Shown: positions 19,463 through 28,826, numbered from the stretch's first letter. The stretch: DNA of 64,000 nucleotides from an uncultured Verrucomicrobiota bacterium (GCA_903880005.1 CAIRNV010000437.1:5341-69340); one strand, 5' to 3'. Notes: generated by a model from the sequence alone, not told the origin. A program made the numbers and translations.

Positions 19463-20428
19463 TCAGTCGAAGGCGTGGCCGGCCGAGCAGAGCACGTTGC
19501 GGATCTTGTGGCGGACCAGTTCCTTCACGGCCTTGCGGGCCGGGGCGAGATACTTGCGGGGATCGAACTCCTTGGGCTTGGTGGCGAAGACCTCGCGGAT
19601 GGCGGCGGTCATGGCGAGGCGGAGGTCGGTGTCGATGTTGACCTTGGTGCAGCCGGTGCGGCGAGCGACCTCGATGTCGGCCTCGGGCACGCCGGCGGTG
19701 TCCTCGCCGAGCTGGCCGCCATAGGCATTGCACTTCTTGGCGATGTCCTTGGGAACGGACGAGGCACCATGGAGGACGAGCGGGTAGTCGCCGAGGCCGG
19801 CGTCCATGAGCGCCTTCTTGATGGCCTTGAGGCGCTCGAGGTCGAGGTGTTGCTCGCCCTTGAACTTGTAGGCGCCATGGCTGTTGCCGATGGCGACGGC
19901 GAGGGAGTCGCATCCGGACTCGCGCACGAATTGGACGGCCTCGTCCGGGTGGGTGTAATGGCCGCCGGTGGAGTAGTTGCCGCCCTCCTCGCCGTCGTCG
20001 AACTGGGCGCCCACGAGGTGGCCGAGCTCGGACTCGACGACGCAGTTGTGCTTGTGGGCGTACTCGACGACGCGGCGGGTGATCTCGACGTTCTTCTCGA
20101 AGGGCTCGTGGGAGGCGTCGATCATGACGGAGGTGAAGCCCTCGTCGATGCACTGCTTGCAGAGCTCGAAGGAGTCGCCGTGGTCGAGGTGGACGGCGAT
20201 GGGGATGGTGGTGGTGGAGACGGCGGCCTCGATGAGCTTCTTGAGATAGACGGGGTTGGCGTACTCGCGGGCGCCCTTGGAGATCTGGAGCATGACGGGC
20301 GCCTTCTCCTCCTCGCAGGCCTCCACGATGGCCTGGAGCAATTCCATGTTGTTCACGTTGAAGGCGCCGAGGGCGTACTTGCCCTTCAGGGCCTTGGCGA
20401 ACAGTTCGCGGGTGTGCGTGAGTGGCAT
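19463..20428 (-). CDS. fba: class II fructose-1,6-bisphosphate aldolase
   Basis: YALGAFNVNNMELLQAIVEA, VHLDHG, LHGASS and NIDTD motifs. I prefer the ATG at 20428 (MPLTHTRELF). Confidence 0.92.
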   Translation of the reverse strand: MPLTHTRELFAKALKGKYALGAFNVNNMELLQAIVEACEEEKAPVMLQISKGAREYANPVYLKKLIEAAVSTTTIPIAVHLDHGDSFELCKQCIDEGFTSVMIDASHEPFEKNVEITRRVVEYAHKHNCVVESELGHLVGAQFDDGEEGGNYSTGGHYTHPDEAVQFVRESGCDSLAVAIGNSHGAYKFKGEQHLDLERLKAIKKALMDAGLGDYPLVLHGASSVPKDIAKKCNAYGGQLGEDTAGVPEADIEVARRTGCTKVNIDTDLRLAMTAAIREVFATKPKEFDPRKYLAPARKAVKELVRHKIRNVLCSAGHAFD

Positions 20429-20520
20429 AATTTCAGATACAGGTGTCAAGGCGCCGGACTTCCCGGACGCAGTCGAAAGCTAACGATCCCCCCAAACCCT
20501 TGGAACAGGAAACTTCGGCC

Positions 20521-20750
20521 CGGCGCCGCAGGGCGCGCATCCCGAAGTTGTTGGCGGGATCTGGGTCGGCAGCGGGGGGCGAGCCGGTCCCCCGGGACGG
20601 GTGCATGGTGGGGCGGCCGGGGACGGCCGCGCTCCCAGGGTTGAGCGCACACGACGTCTTCGGGACCCCTCACAACTTCGGGATGCACGGCGCCGCAGGG
20701 CGGTGGCATGGAGGGGCGGTTCGCACGCGCGGGCCGCGCTCCCAGGGTTA
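20521..20750. repeat. family-B structured repeat (B1): one TIR-bounded unit flanked by a 15-nt direct repeat, followed by a partial second unit
   Basis: Perfect 15-nt inverted repeats gcatcccgaagttgt (20537-20551) and acaacttcgggatgc (20672-20686). Direct repeat cggcgccgcagggcg at 20521-20535 and 20688-20702. The motif cgcgctcccagggtt occurs twice. Confidence 0.75.
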
Positions 20751-20804
20751 GGCGACATCGGGGGAGCCAGTTGAAGGTTGGCGTGCCGCGCAATCGGACA
20801 CACG

Positions 20805-23800
20805 ATGACGCCCGCAACGATGGCCGACCTCACCATGACTCCAGCCCCCGGCGACCGCGCGGTGCGTCACGTTGGGGATCGCATTGAATTCGTCCTGCGT
20901 GGGGTTCCCAAGGGTTGGAAGGCGCGCCTGCGCACCAACATCGGCCGGGCGGCGCGCCTTCGGGAGGAGATCGTCCGATCGCACTTCGAGAAGGTCCCGT
21001 TGGCGGGGGCGTCATGGCGGGACCTGCCGATGCCGACGGACGGCGAGGGGGTGGCGCGGCTGGCGTTGCCCTTGACGGAGGTGGGTTTCTTCCAAGCCAA
21101 GGCCTTCGCCATGGACGAGCGTGGGTTCCAGCATTGGGCCCCGGGGCCCGACTTCGGCGTTTCCGTGCACCCGTCGTGGACGCGGGTTGGAAACGTCATT
21201 TACTGCGCGTTTCCGCGGATGTTCGGGGGGTGGTCGCGCGCGAGGGAGGCCACGGCGGCGGACCATGAGCACCCGGAGTTCCGGGCGATGGACCGGAGAG
21301 GATGGACGGTGATCCCGCCGGGCGGGACGCTGAGGTCGTTGACCCGCGAGTTGCCGCACATCCTGGGGCGGCTGGGCGCGCGCATCCTGCACTTGCTGCC
21401 GGTCAGCCCGGTGCCCACGACCTTTGCGCGATTTGGCCGCGCGGGGTCGCCGTATGCGGCGCAGGACCTGGCGGCGATCGACCCGGCGTTGGTGGAGTTC
21501 GACCGGCGAACGACCGGGGTTCAGCAATTCGAGGAGCTGGCGCGGGGCGTCCATGGGCTGGGCGGCCGCCTGATGCTGGACTTGGTCATCAACCACACGG
21601 GCTGGGGCAGCCGTGAATGGAACGACCATCCCGAGTGGTTCCTGCGCGGCGCGGACGGCTCGTTCCATAGCCCGGGCGCATGGGGCACGGTTTGGGAGGA
21701 CCTCGTGGAGTTCGACCAACGCCACGTGGCGCTCTGGGACTACCTGGCGCGGGTCTTCCTGACCTGGTGCCGACGCGGCGTGGACGCGTTTCGTTGCGAT
21801 GCGGGCTACAAGGTGCCCCTGCCCGTGTGGCAGTTCATCACGGCGCGTGTCCGGCAGGAATTCCCCGACACGGTGTTCCTGCTGGAGGGGCTTGGGGGGT
21901 CGTGGGAAGCCACGGACGCGCTCCTGACGGACGGCGGCATGCAGTGGGCCTACAGCGAGCTGTTCCAAAACTTCGGCCCGGGCGACGTCGGCGGCTACCT
22001 GGCGCACGCGATGCGGACCTCGGAGCGGCATGGCACGCTGGTGCATTACAGCGAGACCCACGACAACACGCGCCTGGCGGCACGGGGCGTGGGGCCGCAC
22101 GCCCCGCTGACGCCTGAGGGAAGGCGGTGGTCGCTTCATCGCAACCGGATCCATGCGCTGGCCAGCCTCCATGGCGGGTTCGGATACACGAATGGCGTCG
22201 AATGGTGCGCGACGGAGCAGGTGAACGTGCATGGGTCGCGCGGGTTGCATTGGGGCAACCCTGTGAACCTCGTGGACGAGCTGGCGCGCCTTGCTCGGCT
22301 CTTGCGCGGGCATCCGTGCTTCTTTGACGGGGCGCGGCTTACGCGCTTGGATCCGCCCGGGGCGCGGGTGGTGGCCCTGCGACGGGATTCGGCCGAGGGG
22401 CTGGACACGTGCCTGGTGCTGATCAACGCGGATTTTGACCAGCCGGCTTCCGTCGTGGTGCCGGCCCGGGAATGGGAGTCGCTCGGGAGGCCGTCGGTGG
22501 ACCTGGCGTTGGTGGAGCCCGGGCCGTCCGGGGTGGAGGTGGTGGCGGGTGACGCCGGCGTGCAGCTGCGACTGGGGCCGGGAGGCGTCCATTGCCTTGC
22601 GGCGTGCGCCGAGCCGCGGGGCCTTGCGGGCGAGGCCTATGCCCTGGCGCGTGCCCGGGCCGACTGGGGCCTCGCTGTGCTCAATGCCTGCCACGAGTCG
22701 CCCGTGACGCCGGACGGGTCGTGGCAGGAGGTGGCGCGGGCCGTGGATGCGGACCCTGCGGGGTTCCTGGCGGGTTCGGTGCCGGGCGCGGGCGATTATC
22801 CGGCGGTGATGGAATGGGGCGCGGCGGACGCGACGCGCGTGTTGATGGTTCCACCGGGGCATTGGCTGATGGCGTGGCACGGGGGGCCTTTTCGGGCGCG
22901 GTTGTTGCCAGCCAATGGAGGCAAGTGGCGCGTGGCGGAGTCGATCATGGCGGGTGGCCGCCATGTGGCGGCGTTCCCGCCGTCGCCCTCGCATGGGCGG
23001 CATCGGTTGGTGATCGAGCCGGCGGGCGAGGACGTCGTCGAGGGCGACGTGTTGTTGCTGGAGCCGGCGCCGGCGCCCCGGCATGGGGTTCCGCCGGCGA
23101 CGTTCCATGGGCCGTTGGTGTTGCTGACCAACGGGCGCGGGGGCATGGCCCGGATGGGCATCGACCTGGGCCGCGTGACGTCGAAGTACGATTGCCTGCT
23201 GGGGGCGAACCTGCATGCGTCGGTGCCGGTGGATCGACATGTGCTGGCCAAGCGCTTGCGCGCCTGGATCAACGCGGACGGCTTCATCACGCCGCTCGAC
23301 CTGGGGAACCTCGCGGGATTCGACGCCGGGCCGCCGGCGTTGTGGCGGTTCGTGGCGAATGCCGGCGACGGGCGGGCCGTGGAATTGCGTTTGGTGGCGG
23401 ACATGCCCGAGGGCTCCAATGCCGTCGTCCTGCAATTCTCGCGCGTCGCGGGGCATCCGGGCGTGGGACGGCCGTTGCCGCCGGAGGCGGACGTGCGCCT
23501 GAGCGTGCGGATCGACCTTGAGGACCGGAACTTCCATTGGGAGACGCGCCGGAATGCCGCGGCCGAGCATCACTTTGCGTCGTACACGCGGCCGTTGGAG
23601 GGACGCGCGGGGTTTGAGTTCGCGCCGGCGGCGGGGCGCCGGCTTCGGGCCTGGTGCGACGCGGGCACGTACCATCCGCAGGCGGAGTGGTCGGAGGGCC
23701 TGGCGCATCCGGTGGAAGCCACGCGGGGCATGACGGGCAGCGGCGACGCGTGGTCGCCGGGCTGGTTCGACCTGCCGTTGGGACCCGGGGGCGAGGTGCA

Positions 23801-25151
23801 TTGCATCGTGACGGCGGAGGAGGAGGACCCGGCCCCGTCGATGACGCCTGGGTTTGTGGCGGCGCGATTGCATCAGGTTCACGTGGCGCAGCAGCGGGCG
23901 AACCTGGCCGCGAACGACTGGCTCGGCAGGCACTTGGTGCAGGCGGTGCAGGCCTTCGTGGTCCGGCGGGACGACACCCGCACGGTGGTCGCGGGCTACC
24001 CGTGGTTCCTGGACTGGGGTCGCGATTCGCTAATTGCGGCGCGCGGATTGCTGGCGGCGGGGATGAGGTCGGAGGTGCGCGACTTGCTGGTGACGTTCGC
24101 CCGCTTCGAGAAGGATGGGACGTTGCCGAACTCGATCCATGGCGAGGATGCGTCCAACCGGGACACGAGCGATGCGCCGTTGTGGCTGGGGGTGGTGGCG
24201 GAGGAGCTGGCCGACGCCATGGGGGGCGAGGCGGGGTCGCTGTACGGGGCGGTGGTGGACGGACGCGGGCGGACGTTGGCGGGCGTGCTTCGCTCGATCG
24301 CGGCGGGCTACCTGTTCGGGACGCCCAACGGGATCCGGGTGGATCGCGAGTCGGGGCTGGTGTGGAGCCCGGGGCATTTCACATGGATGGACACGAACCA
24401 TCCGGCGGGGACCCCGAGGGAGGGGTATCCGGTGGAGATCCAGGCGTTGTGGATACGGTTGCTGCGGCAACTGGCGCGACTGGGGCAGCCGCCGTGGGAG
24501 GGGGCGGGGGAGACGTGGGCGGAGATGGCGCGTCGCGCGGAGGCATCGTTCCACGGGTTGTTCTGGTTGGAAGGTCGCGGGTGGCTGGCGGACGTGCTGA
24601 TGGCGGGCCCGGGGCAACCCGCGCGGGATGCGGCGGCATCGGATGCACTGCGGAGCAACGCGTTGTTGGCGGTGTCGTTGGGCGTGGTGGTTGGCGAGCG
24701 TGCACGGCGCATCGTGGAGGCGGCGAGGCGTCACTTGATCGTGCCGGGGGGCCTTCGGTCCCTGGCTCCGTTGGCGACCGAGCCGCCCTTGCCGGTCCAT
24801 GGGGCCGGCGGACAGCTGCTCAACGACCCGTCCCGGCCTTACTGGCCCCGGTACGAGGGGGATGAGGACACCCGGAGGAAGCCTGCGTACCACAACGGCA
24901 CGGCATGGACGTGGACATTCCCGTCGTTTTGCGAGGCCTTGACCAAGGCCTATCCGGGGAATGGGGCGGCGCGTGCGGCGGCGCGTGCGTACCTGGGGTC
25001 GATGGCGGGGTTGCTGGGGGAGGGTTGCGTGGGGCAATTGCCCGAGGTGATGGACGGCGACGCGCCGCACACGCACCGGGGCTGCGACGCGCAGGCATGG
25101 TCGGCGACCGAGGCGCTCCGGGTATGGCGTGGGTTGACCGACGGGGTCTAG
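20805..25151 (+). CDS. bifunctional-type glycogen debranching enzyme: N-terminal GH13 alpha-amylase-family domain fused to a C-terminal amylo-alpha-1,6-glucosidase (GDE_C) domain
   Basis: GH13 regions are present (MLDLVINHTG, GVDAFRCDAGYKVP, FLLEGLGGS, YSETHDNT). GDE_C blocks are present (GYPWFLDWGRDSLIAARGLL, GYPVEIQALW, YHNGTAWTWTF). The start is uncertain: TTG at 20778, or ATG at 20805, 20820 or 20835. Confidence 0.85.
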   Translation: MTPATMADLTMTPAPGDRAVRHVGDRIEFVLRGVPKGWKARLRTNIGRAARLREEIVRSHFEKVPLAGASWRDLPMPTDGEGVARLALPLTEVGFFQAKAFAMDERGFQHWAPGPDFGVSVHPSWTRVGNVIYCAFPRMFGGWSRAREATAADHEHPEFRAMDRRGWTVIPPGGTLRSLTRELPHILGRLGARILHLLPVSPVPTTFARFGRAGSPYAAQDLAAIDPALVEFDRRTTGVQQFEELARGVHGLGGRLMLDLVINHTGWGSREWNDHPEWFLRGADGSFHSPGAWGTVWEDLVEFDQRHVALWDYLARVFLTWCRRGVDAFRCDAGYKVPLPVWQFITARVRQEFPDTVFLLEGLGGSWEATDALLTDGGMQWAYSELFQNFGPGDVGGYLAHAMRTSERHGTLVHYSETHDNTRLAARGVGPHAPLTPEGRRWSLHRNRIHALASLHGGFGYTNGVEWCATEQVNVHGSRGLHWGNPVNLVDELARLARLLRGHPCFFDGARLTRLDPPGARVVALRRDSAEGLDTCLVLINADFDQPASVVVPAREWESLGRPSVDLALVEPGPSGVEVVAGDAGVQLRLGPGGVHCLAACAEPRGLAGEAYALARARADWGLAVLNACHESPVTPDGSWQEVARAVDADPAGFLAGSVPGAGDYPAVMEWGAADATRVLMVPPGHWLMAWHGGPFRARLLPANGGKWRVAESIMAGGRHVAAFPPSPSHGRHRLVIEPAGEDVVEGDVLLLEPAPAPRHGVPPATFHGPLVLLTNGRGGMARMGIDLGRVTSKYDCLLGANLHASVPVDRHVLAKRLRAWINADGFITPLDLGNLAGFDAGPPALWRFVANAGDGRAVELRLVADMPEGSNAVVLQFSRVAGHPGVGRPLPPEADVRLSVRIDLEDRNFHWETRRNAAAEHHFASYTRPLEGRAGFEFAPAAGRRLRAWCDAGTYHPQAEWSEGLAHPVEATRGMTGSGDAWSPGWFDLPLGPGGEVHCIVTAEEEDPAPSMTPGFVAARLHQVHVAQQRANLAANDWLGRHLVQAVQAFVVRRDDTRTVVAGYPWFLDWGRDSLIAARGLLAAGMRSEVRDLLVTFARFEKDGTLPNSIHGEDASNRDTSDAPLWLGVVAEELADAMGGEAGSLYGAVVDGRGRTLAGVLRSIAAGYLFGTPNGIRVDRESGLVWSPGHFTWMDTNHPAGTPREGYPVEIQALWIRLLRQLARLGQPPWEGAGETWAEMARRAEASFHGLFWLEGRGWLADVLMAGPGQPARDAAASDALRSNALLAVSLGVVVGERARRIVEAARRHLIVPGGLRSLAPLATEPPLPVHGAGGQLLNDPSRPYWPRYEGDEDTRRKPAYHNGTAWTWTFPSFCEALTKAYPGNGAARAAARAYLGSMAGLLGEGCVGQLPEVMDGDAPHTHRGCDAQAWSATEALRVWRGLTDGV

Positions 25152-25313
25152 CTGGAGCGCCTCCGGCGATGCTGTGGGCCGCGTGCCCTCACGCGGCGGT
25201 CAAGATGCCGCAACTCAGCGCGCCGGGAGAGGTTGCCCGGCCAGACCGAGACGGCCCTGCCACCTGTCCGTCTCGCCTGATCCGAAGTCCCCTTGATGGC
25301 CGAGGAGACCGGT

Positions 25314-25988
25314 TCAAGCCCCGCCGTGGCGTTCGGCAAGGAGGCGCACGAGGCGGGAGCCGACGACGACGGCGACGGCGAGGAGGAGGAGGCCGCTGGC
25401 CATGGAGAAGCGGCGCAAGGTTCGTTGCTCGAATCGACCGTGGCCGCGGGACACGCCCCAACCGACCAAGGCGAACCATGCGAAGCCGCCGGCCGCGACG
25501 CCGCCGATGAAGGGCCATTTGCTGGACCAGTCGTTGTCGAGCCAGCCGCGCGACAGGAGGGTGGCGACGACCGTGATCCAGAGCAGGAGGACGCCCGGGT
25601 TGCCCAGGACGCGCAGGAAGCCTGTCCAGAATGCCGAGCTGGGATGGAAGGCCTCCTCCACGAGCGCCTCCATGCGCTGCTCGCCGGGGACGGTTCCGCC
25701 GCGGAGGTACTTGAGCCCAAGCCAGAGCATCAAGGTGAAGCTGGCCAGCTCGATGACGGCCAGGGCCCAGCCCTTCATGAGCAACTGCGCGAAGCCCGCG
25801 AAGGCGAACGTGCAGTAGATGGCTTCCATCCAGACGGCCCCGAGCCCGAGGAAGAGCGCCCAACGAAGGCCGCGTCGGGGGGCCTCGGCGACGATGGTCG
25901 CGTTGATGGGCCCGCCCGGGATGCTGGTGACGAACCCGGCCACCACACCGAGGGCGACCGACATCACCGCCTCCAGGCCTGCGTTCAT
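25314..25988 (-). CDS. LysE family translocator
   Basis: 224 aa with about six TM helices and a PGP-type N-terminal motif (IPGGPINA). The start overlaps the pssA stop by 4 nt. Confidence 0.75.
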   Translation of the reverse strand: MNAGLEAVMSVALGVVAGFVTSIPGGPINATIVAEAPRRGLRWALFLGLGAVWMEAIYCTFAFAGFAQLLMKGWALAVIELASFTLMLWLGLKYLRGGTVPGEQRMEALVEEAFHPSSAFWTGFLRVLGNPGVLLLWITVVATLLSRGWLDNDWSSKWPFIGGVAAGGFAWFALVGWGVSRGHGRFEQRTLRRFSMASGLLLLAVAVVVGSRLVRLLAERHGGA

Positions 25989-26878
25989 GCGCGGCCGCCC
26001 TTGGCCTCCTCGTCGTCGGCGTCGGCGTCCTCGGCCTCCTCGTCGTCGTCCGCCTCCATCGTGCGTTGCATGCGCCGCGAGATGAAGGGCCGGACGAACC
26101 CGTAGAGCAGGTAGGCCGTGAAGAAGAGCGGGGCGACAAAGGGAAGGAGCCGGTTGAACAACAGGACGAACAAGCCCGCCACGAGCACGATCACGACCAT
26201 CTTGGTGAACGGCCGATGCGTCCTCCAGTCGAGCTTCTTGAACGTGGGGTACTTCACCTCGCTCACCATCATGGCCGACAGGAAGACCAAGATGACGGGC
26301 AAGGCGAACCGCCATGTGCCCTTGGGGAAGTCGCGCTCCTCCCAACGAATCAGGAACAACGTCAGCGACGCCACCATCCCGGCGGCGGCAGGGATGGGGA
26401 ATCCAAGGAAGTAGCGCCCGCCCCCGGTGCCGGACATCGCCGCCAGGCAGTTGAACCGTGCCAGGCGAAACGCACCGCAGATCACGTAGGCGGCCGCGAT
26501 GAACCACCCAACCTCCGGATGGTTTCGGAACACGTCGTGCAGCACGATGCGATGGACGAGGAAGGCGGGGGCCACCCCGAACGAAACGATGTCCGCCAAC
26601 GAGTCGAACTCGCGCCCGAACGGGCTCTCGTAGCCCCCCATGCGCGCCACCCGCCCATCCAGGAGGTCAAAGATGCACGCCAGCAGGATCAGCGTCAGCG
26701 CCACCTTGATGTCGTGGTAGTTCCCGTCGGCCAGGTCCGCCTCCACGATCTTCGTCAGCGCGAGGAACCCGCAGAACATGTTCCCCGCCGTGAACAAGTT
26801 CGGAAGCAGGTAGATGTGGAGCTTGTCGTCGTCCGCGTTTGACGCCGCGCGCCCCGCCTTCTCAGCGTCGTCCGTCAT
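25985..26878 (-). CDS. pssA: CDP-diacylglycerol--serine O-phosphatidyltransferase
   Basis: CDP-alcohol phosphotransferase motif DLLDGRVARMGGYESPFGREFDSLADIVSFG, multiple TM helices, and an acidic C-terminal tail (EADDDEEAEDADADDEE). Confidence 0.88.
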   Translation of the reverse strand: MTDDAEKAGRAASNADDDKLHIYLLPNLFTAGNMFCGFLALTKIVEADLADGNYHDIKVALTLILLACIFDLLDGRVARMGGYESPFGREFDSLADIVSFGVAPAFLVHRIVLHDVFRNHPEVGWFIAAAYVICGAFRLARFNCLAAMSGTGGGRYFLGFPIPAAAGMVASLTLFLIRWEERDFPKGTWRFALPVILVFLSAMMVSEVKYPTFKKLDWRTHRPFTKMVVIVLVAGLFVLLFNRLLPFVAPLFFTAYLLYGFVRPFISRRMQRTMEADDDEEAEDADADDEEAKGGRA

Positions 26879-27555
26879 GGGTTCCAGATGGCCAGGACCG
26901 TTTCGCCGCCGACGACCTTCTGGCCGAGGGTCGCCTGCACCTGCGCCTCCATGGGGAGGTAGAGGTCCACGCGGGACCCAAATTGGATGAGGCTGATGCG
27001 CTCGCCCTTCGCCACCTTGTCGCCCACCGCGACCCACGGGAGGATCCGCCGCGCAATCAGGCCCGCGAGCAGCCGCACCGCCACCGGACCGCGCCCGGGC
27101 TCCGTGGCATCGAACCCCAGGAGCACGTTCTCGTTCTTGTCGGCCGACTCGGTGTCGAGCGCGTTGAGGAACAAGCCCGGCGTGTGGGTGACCCGCGTCA
27201 CCTTGCCCGCCACCGGTGCCTGCTGAACGTGAACGTCCACGACGGAAAGGAAGATCGACACGCGGCGGCATCGTCCCTTCATGACCAGCGGCTCGTCCAC
27301 CTCGTCCACGACGTCCACGGTGCCGTGGGCGGGGGAGACGACGAGGCCGGCGCCCTTGGGCACCTGGGCGTCCGGGTCGCGGAAGAAGTAGGCATTGAAG
27401 CCGGCGAACAGCAGGAGGGGCCCGAGCAGCACGCCGAGGGTTCCGACCGGCGGGACGCCCAGCAACCAAAGGGCCAGCGCCAGAACCACCACCGCACCGG
27501 CCGCCATGCCCAGCATCCGGTTCGCCGCCTTGCTCGCCCTGCCTGCGTGCTTCAT
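26875..27555 (-). CDS. psd: phosphatidylserine decarboxylase family protein (short form)
   Basis: N-terminal TM helices, VVSPAHGTV, and the self-cleavage-type FGSRVD motif. Overlaps the pssA start by 4 nt. Confidence 0.85.
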   Translation of the reverse strand: MKHAGRASKAANRMLGMAAGAVVVLALALWLLGVPPVGTLGVLLGPLLLFAGFNAYFFRDPDAQVPKGAGLVVSPAHGTVDVVDEVDEPLVMKGRCRRVSIFLSVVDVHVQQAPVAGKVTRVTHTPGLFLNALDTESADKNENVLLGFDATEPGRGPVAVRLLAGLIARRILPWVAVGDKVAKGERISLIQFGSRVDLYLPMEAQVQATLGQKVVGGETVLAIWNP

Positions 27556-27630
27556 CGGGCAAACGCTACCAAGGACGGCCGACCGTCGGAAAGCCCCGAC
27601 TCCCGCCACGGCGTGGTGGCGTGGCGGGGC

Positions 27631-28821
27631 TCATGGGGCGGCCTCGTCGTTCACGCGCGCCAACGTGAAGGAAAACGTCGTGCCCTTGCCGACCTCGCTG
27701 CTCACGCGGACCTCGCCGCCGTGGGCGTGGATGATGTGCTTGACGATGCTGAGTCCGAGCCCGGTCCCGCCCTGGTCCCGCGCCCGGGCCCGGTCCACGC
27801 GGTAAAAGCGCTCGAAGATGCGGTCGCGGGCCTCGGGCGGGATGCCTTGGCCGTCGTCGGAAACCCAGGCCTCGACGATGTCCTCCTGGGCGGCGCGGGC
27901 CCCGATGACGACCTGGCCGCCGGCCTTGCCGTACTTGATGGCGTTGTCCACGAGGTTGAGGACGACCTGCTGGAGGCGGTCGCCGTCGGCGTGGACCCGG
28001 ATGCTCTCGGGCACGTCGTCGCGGAGGTTGACGGAACGGTCGTGGGCCTTGTGCCGCAGGTCGTTGATCACGGCCTCGACCACGTCGCGCAGGGTGGTCG
28101 GCTGCATGTTCATGATGACCTGGCCGGACTCGAGCCGCGAGATGGTGAGCAGGTCCTCGATGAGGAAGGTGAGGCGGTCGGCGTGGCGGTCGATGGTCTG
28201 GAGGAACCGGACCATGGTCTCGCGTTGGTCCATGGCGCCGCCGAGCAGCGTCTCGGTGTAGCCCTTGATCAGGGAGAGCGGGGTTCGCAGCTCATGGCTG
28301 ACGTTGGCCACGAATTCCCGGCGTTGATCCTCCAACCGCTTGTGCTGCGTCAGGTCGTGAAACACGAACAACGTGCCTGCGAGGATGCGGTCGGGGTCGC
28401 GCAAGGCCACGGCGCTGACCTGGAACGCCCTTGGCGGCGGGCCCGGCAAATCAACCTCGTGGTCCGTGATCCGTCCCTGTTGCACGGCCCGGGTGGCGAG
28501 GGCGGCGATGCCGGGAAGCGGGACCACGTCGGCGACGGCCTTGCCCCGGCACTCGGAGGACAGCCCCAGCAGGCGCAGCAGGGCCGGGTTCATGTGCTCG
28601 ACGCATCCCTCGGCGTCGAGGACGAGGACGCCCTCGAGCATGCTGTCGAGGAGGGCCTGTTGCTTGGACTGCTCCTCGACGAGGGCGAGGTGGCGCTGCG
28701 TGCGGAGGTCGGCGAGGCGAAGCGACTGGTCGCGAAGCCGGTTTCGCCAGCGGCGCTCGCGCGCCACCCAGACTGAAACGAGCGCCGCGACGGCACCTGC
28801 GGATGCGAACCATGTCCACAT
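27631..28821 (-). CDS. sensor histidine kinase, PhoR-like (TM, PAS, HisKA, HATPase_c)
   Basis: FVANVSHELRTPL H-box, N-box NLVDNAIKY, G-boxes (DDGQGI, GGTGLGLSIV), and one N-terminal TM helix. Confidence 0.88.
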   Translation of the reverse strand: MWTWFASAGAVAALVSVWVARERRWRNRLRDQSLRLADLRTQRHLALVEEQSKQQALLDSMLEGVLVLDAEGCVEHMNPALLRLLGLSSECRGKAVADVVPLPGIAALATRAVQQGRITDHEVDLPGPPPRAFQVSAVALRDPDRILAGTLFVFHDLTQHKRLEDQRREFVANVSHELRTPLSLIKGYTETLLGGAMDQRETMVRFLQTIDRHADRLTFLIEDLLTISRLESGQVIMNMQPTTLRDVVEAVINDLRHKAHDRSVNLRDDVPESIRVHADGDRLQQVVLNLVDNAIKYGKAGGQVVIGARAAQEDIVEAWVSDDGQGIPPEARDRIFERFYRVDRARARDQGGTGLGLSIVKHIIHAHGGEVRVSSEVGKGTTFSFTLARVNDEAAP

Positions 28822-28826
28822 GCTGA

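Noticed and set aside
20521-20750. Possible CRISPR-like array, suggested by repeated motifs (cgcgctcccagggtt x2, cggcgccgcagggcg x2).
   Set aside because: There are only two occurrences each, with irregular spacing. The units are related to each other rather than separated by unique spacers, and no cas genes are present in the window.
20446-20836. Short ORFs inside the family-B repeats (for example 20446..20817, 20480..20836, 58060..58311 and 57765..58319) that share peptide endings such as GRGRPRSQG or CAQPWERGRPRPP.
   Set aside because: The shared peptides simply reflect repeated DNA read in the same frame. The ORFs differ in extent and context between copies, and they overlap inverted-repeat structure. 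A non-coding structured repeat is the simpler explanation.
21012-23933. Very long antisense or alternative-frame ORFs. Examples: 21012..23933 (973 aa), 41550..43970 (806 aa), 10507..12117, 1397..2965, 51145..53076, 47430..49124 and 33125..35008.
   Set aside because: They lie opposite or out of frame to genes with clear family signatures. Their translations are Arg/Pro/Gly/Ala-rich low-complexity strings, typical of stop-codon-poor frames in high-GC DNA. None shows a recognisable motif.
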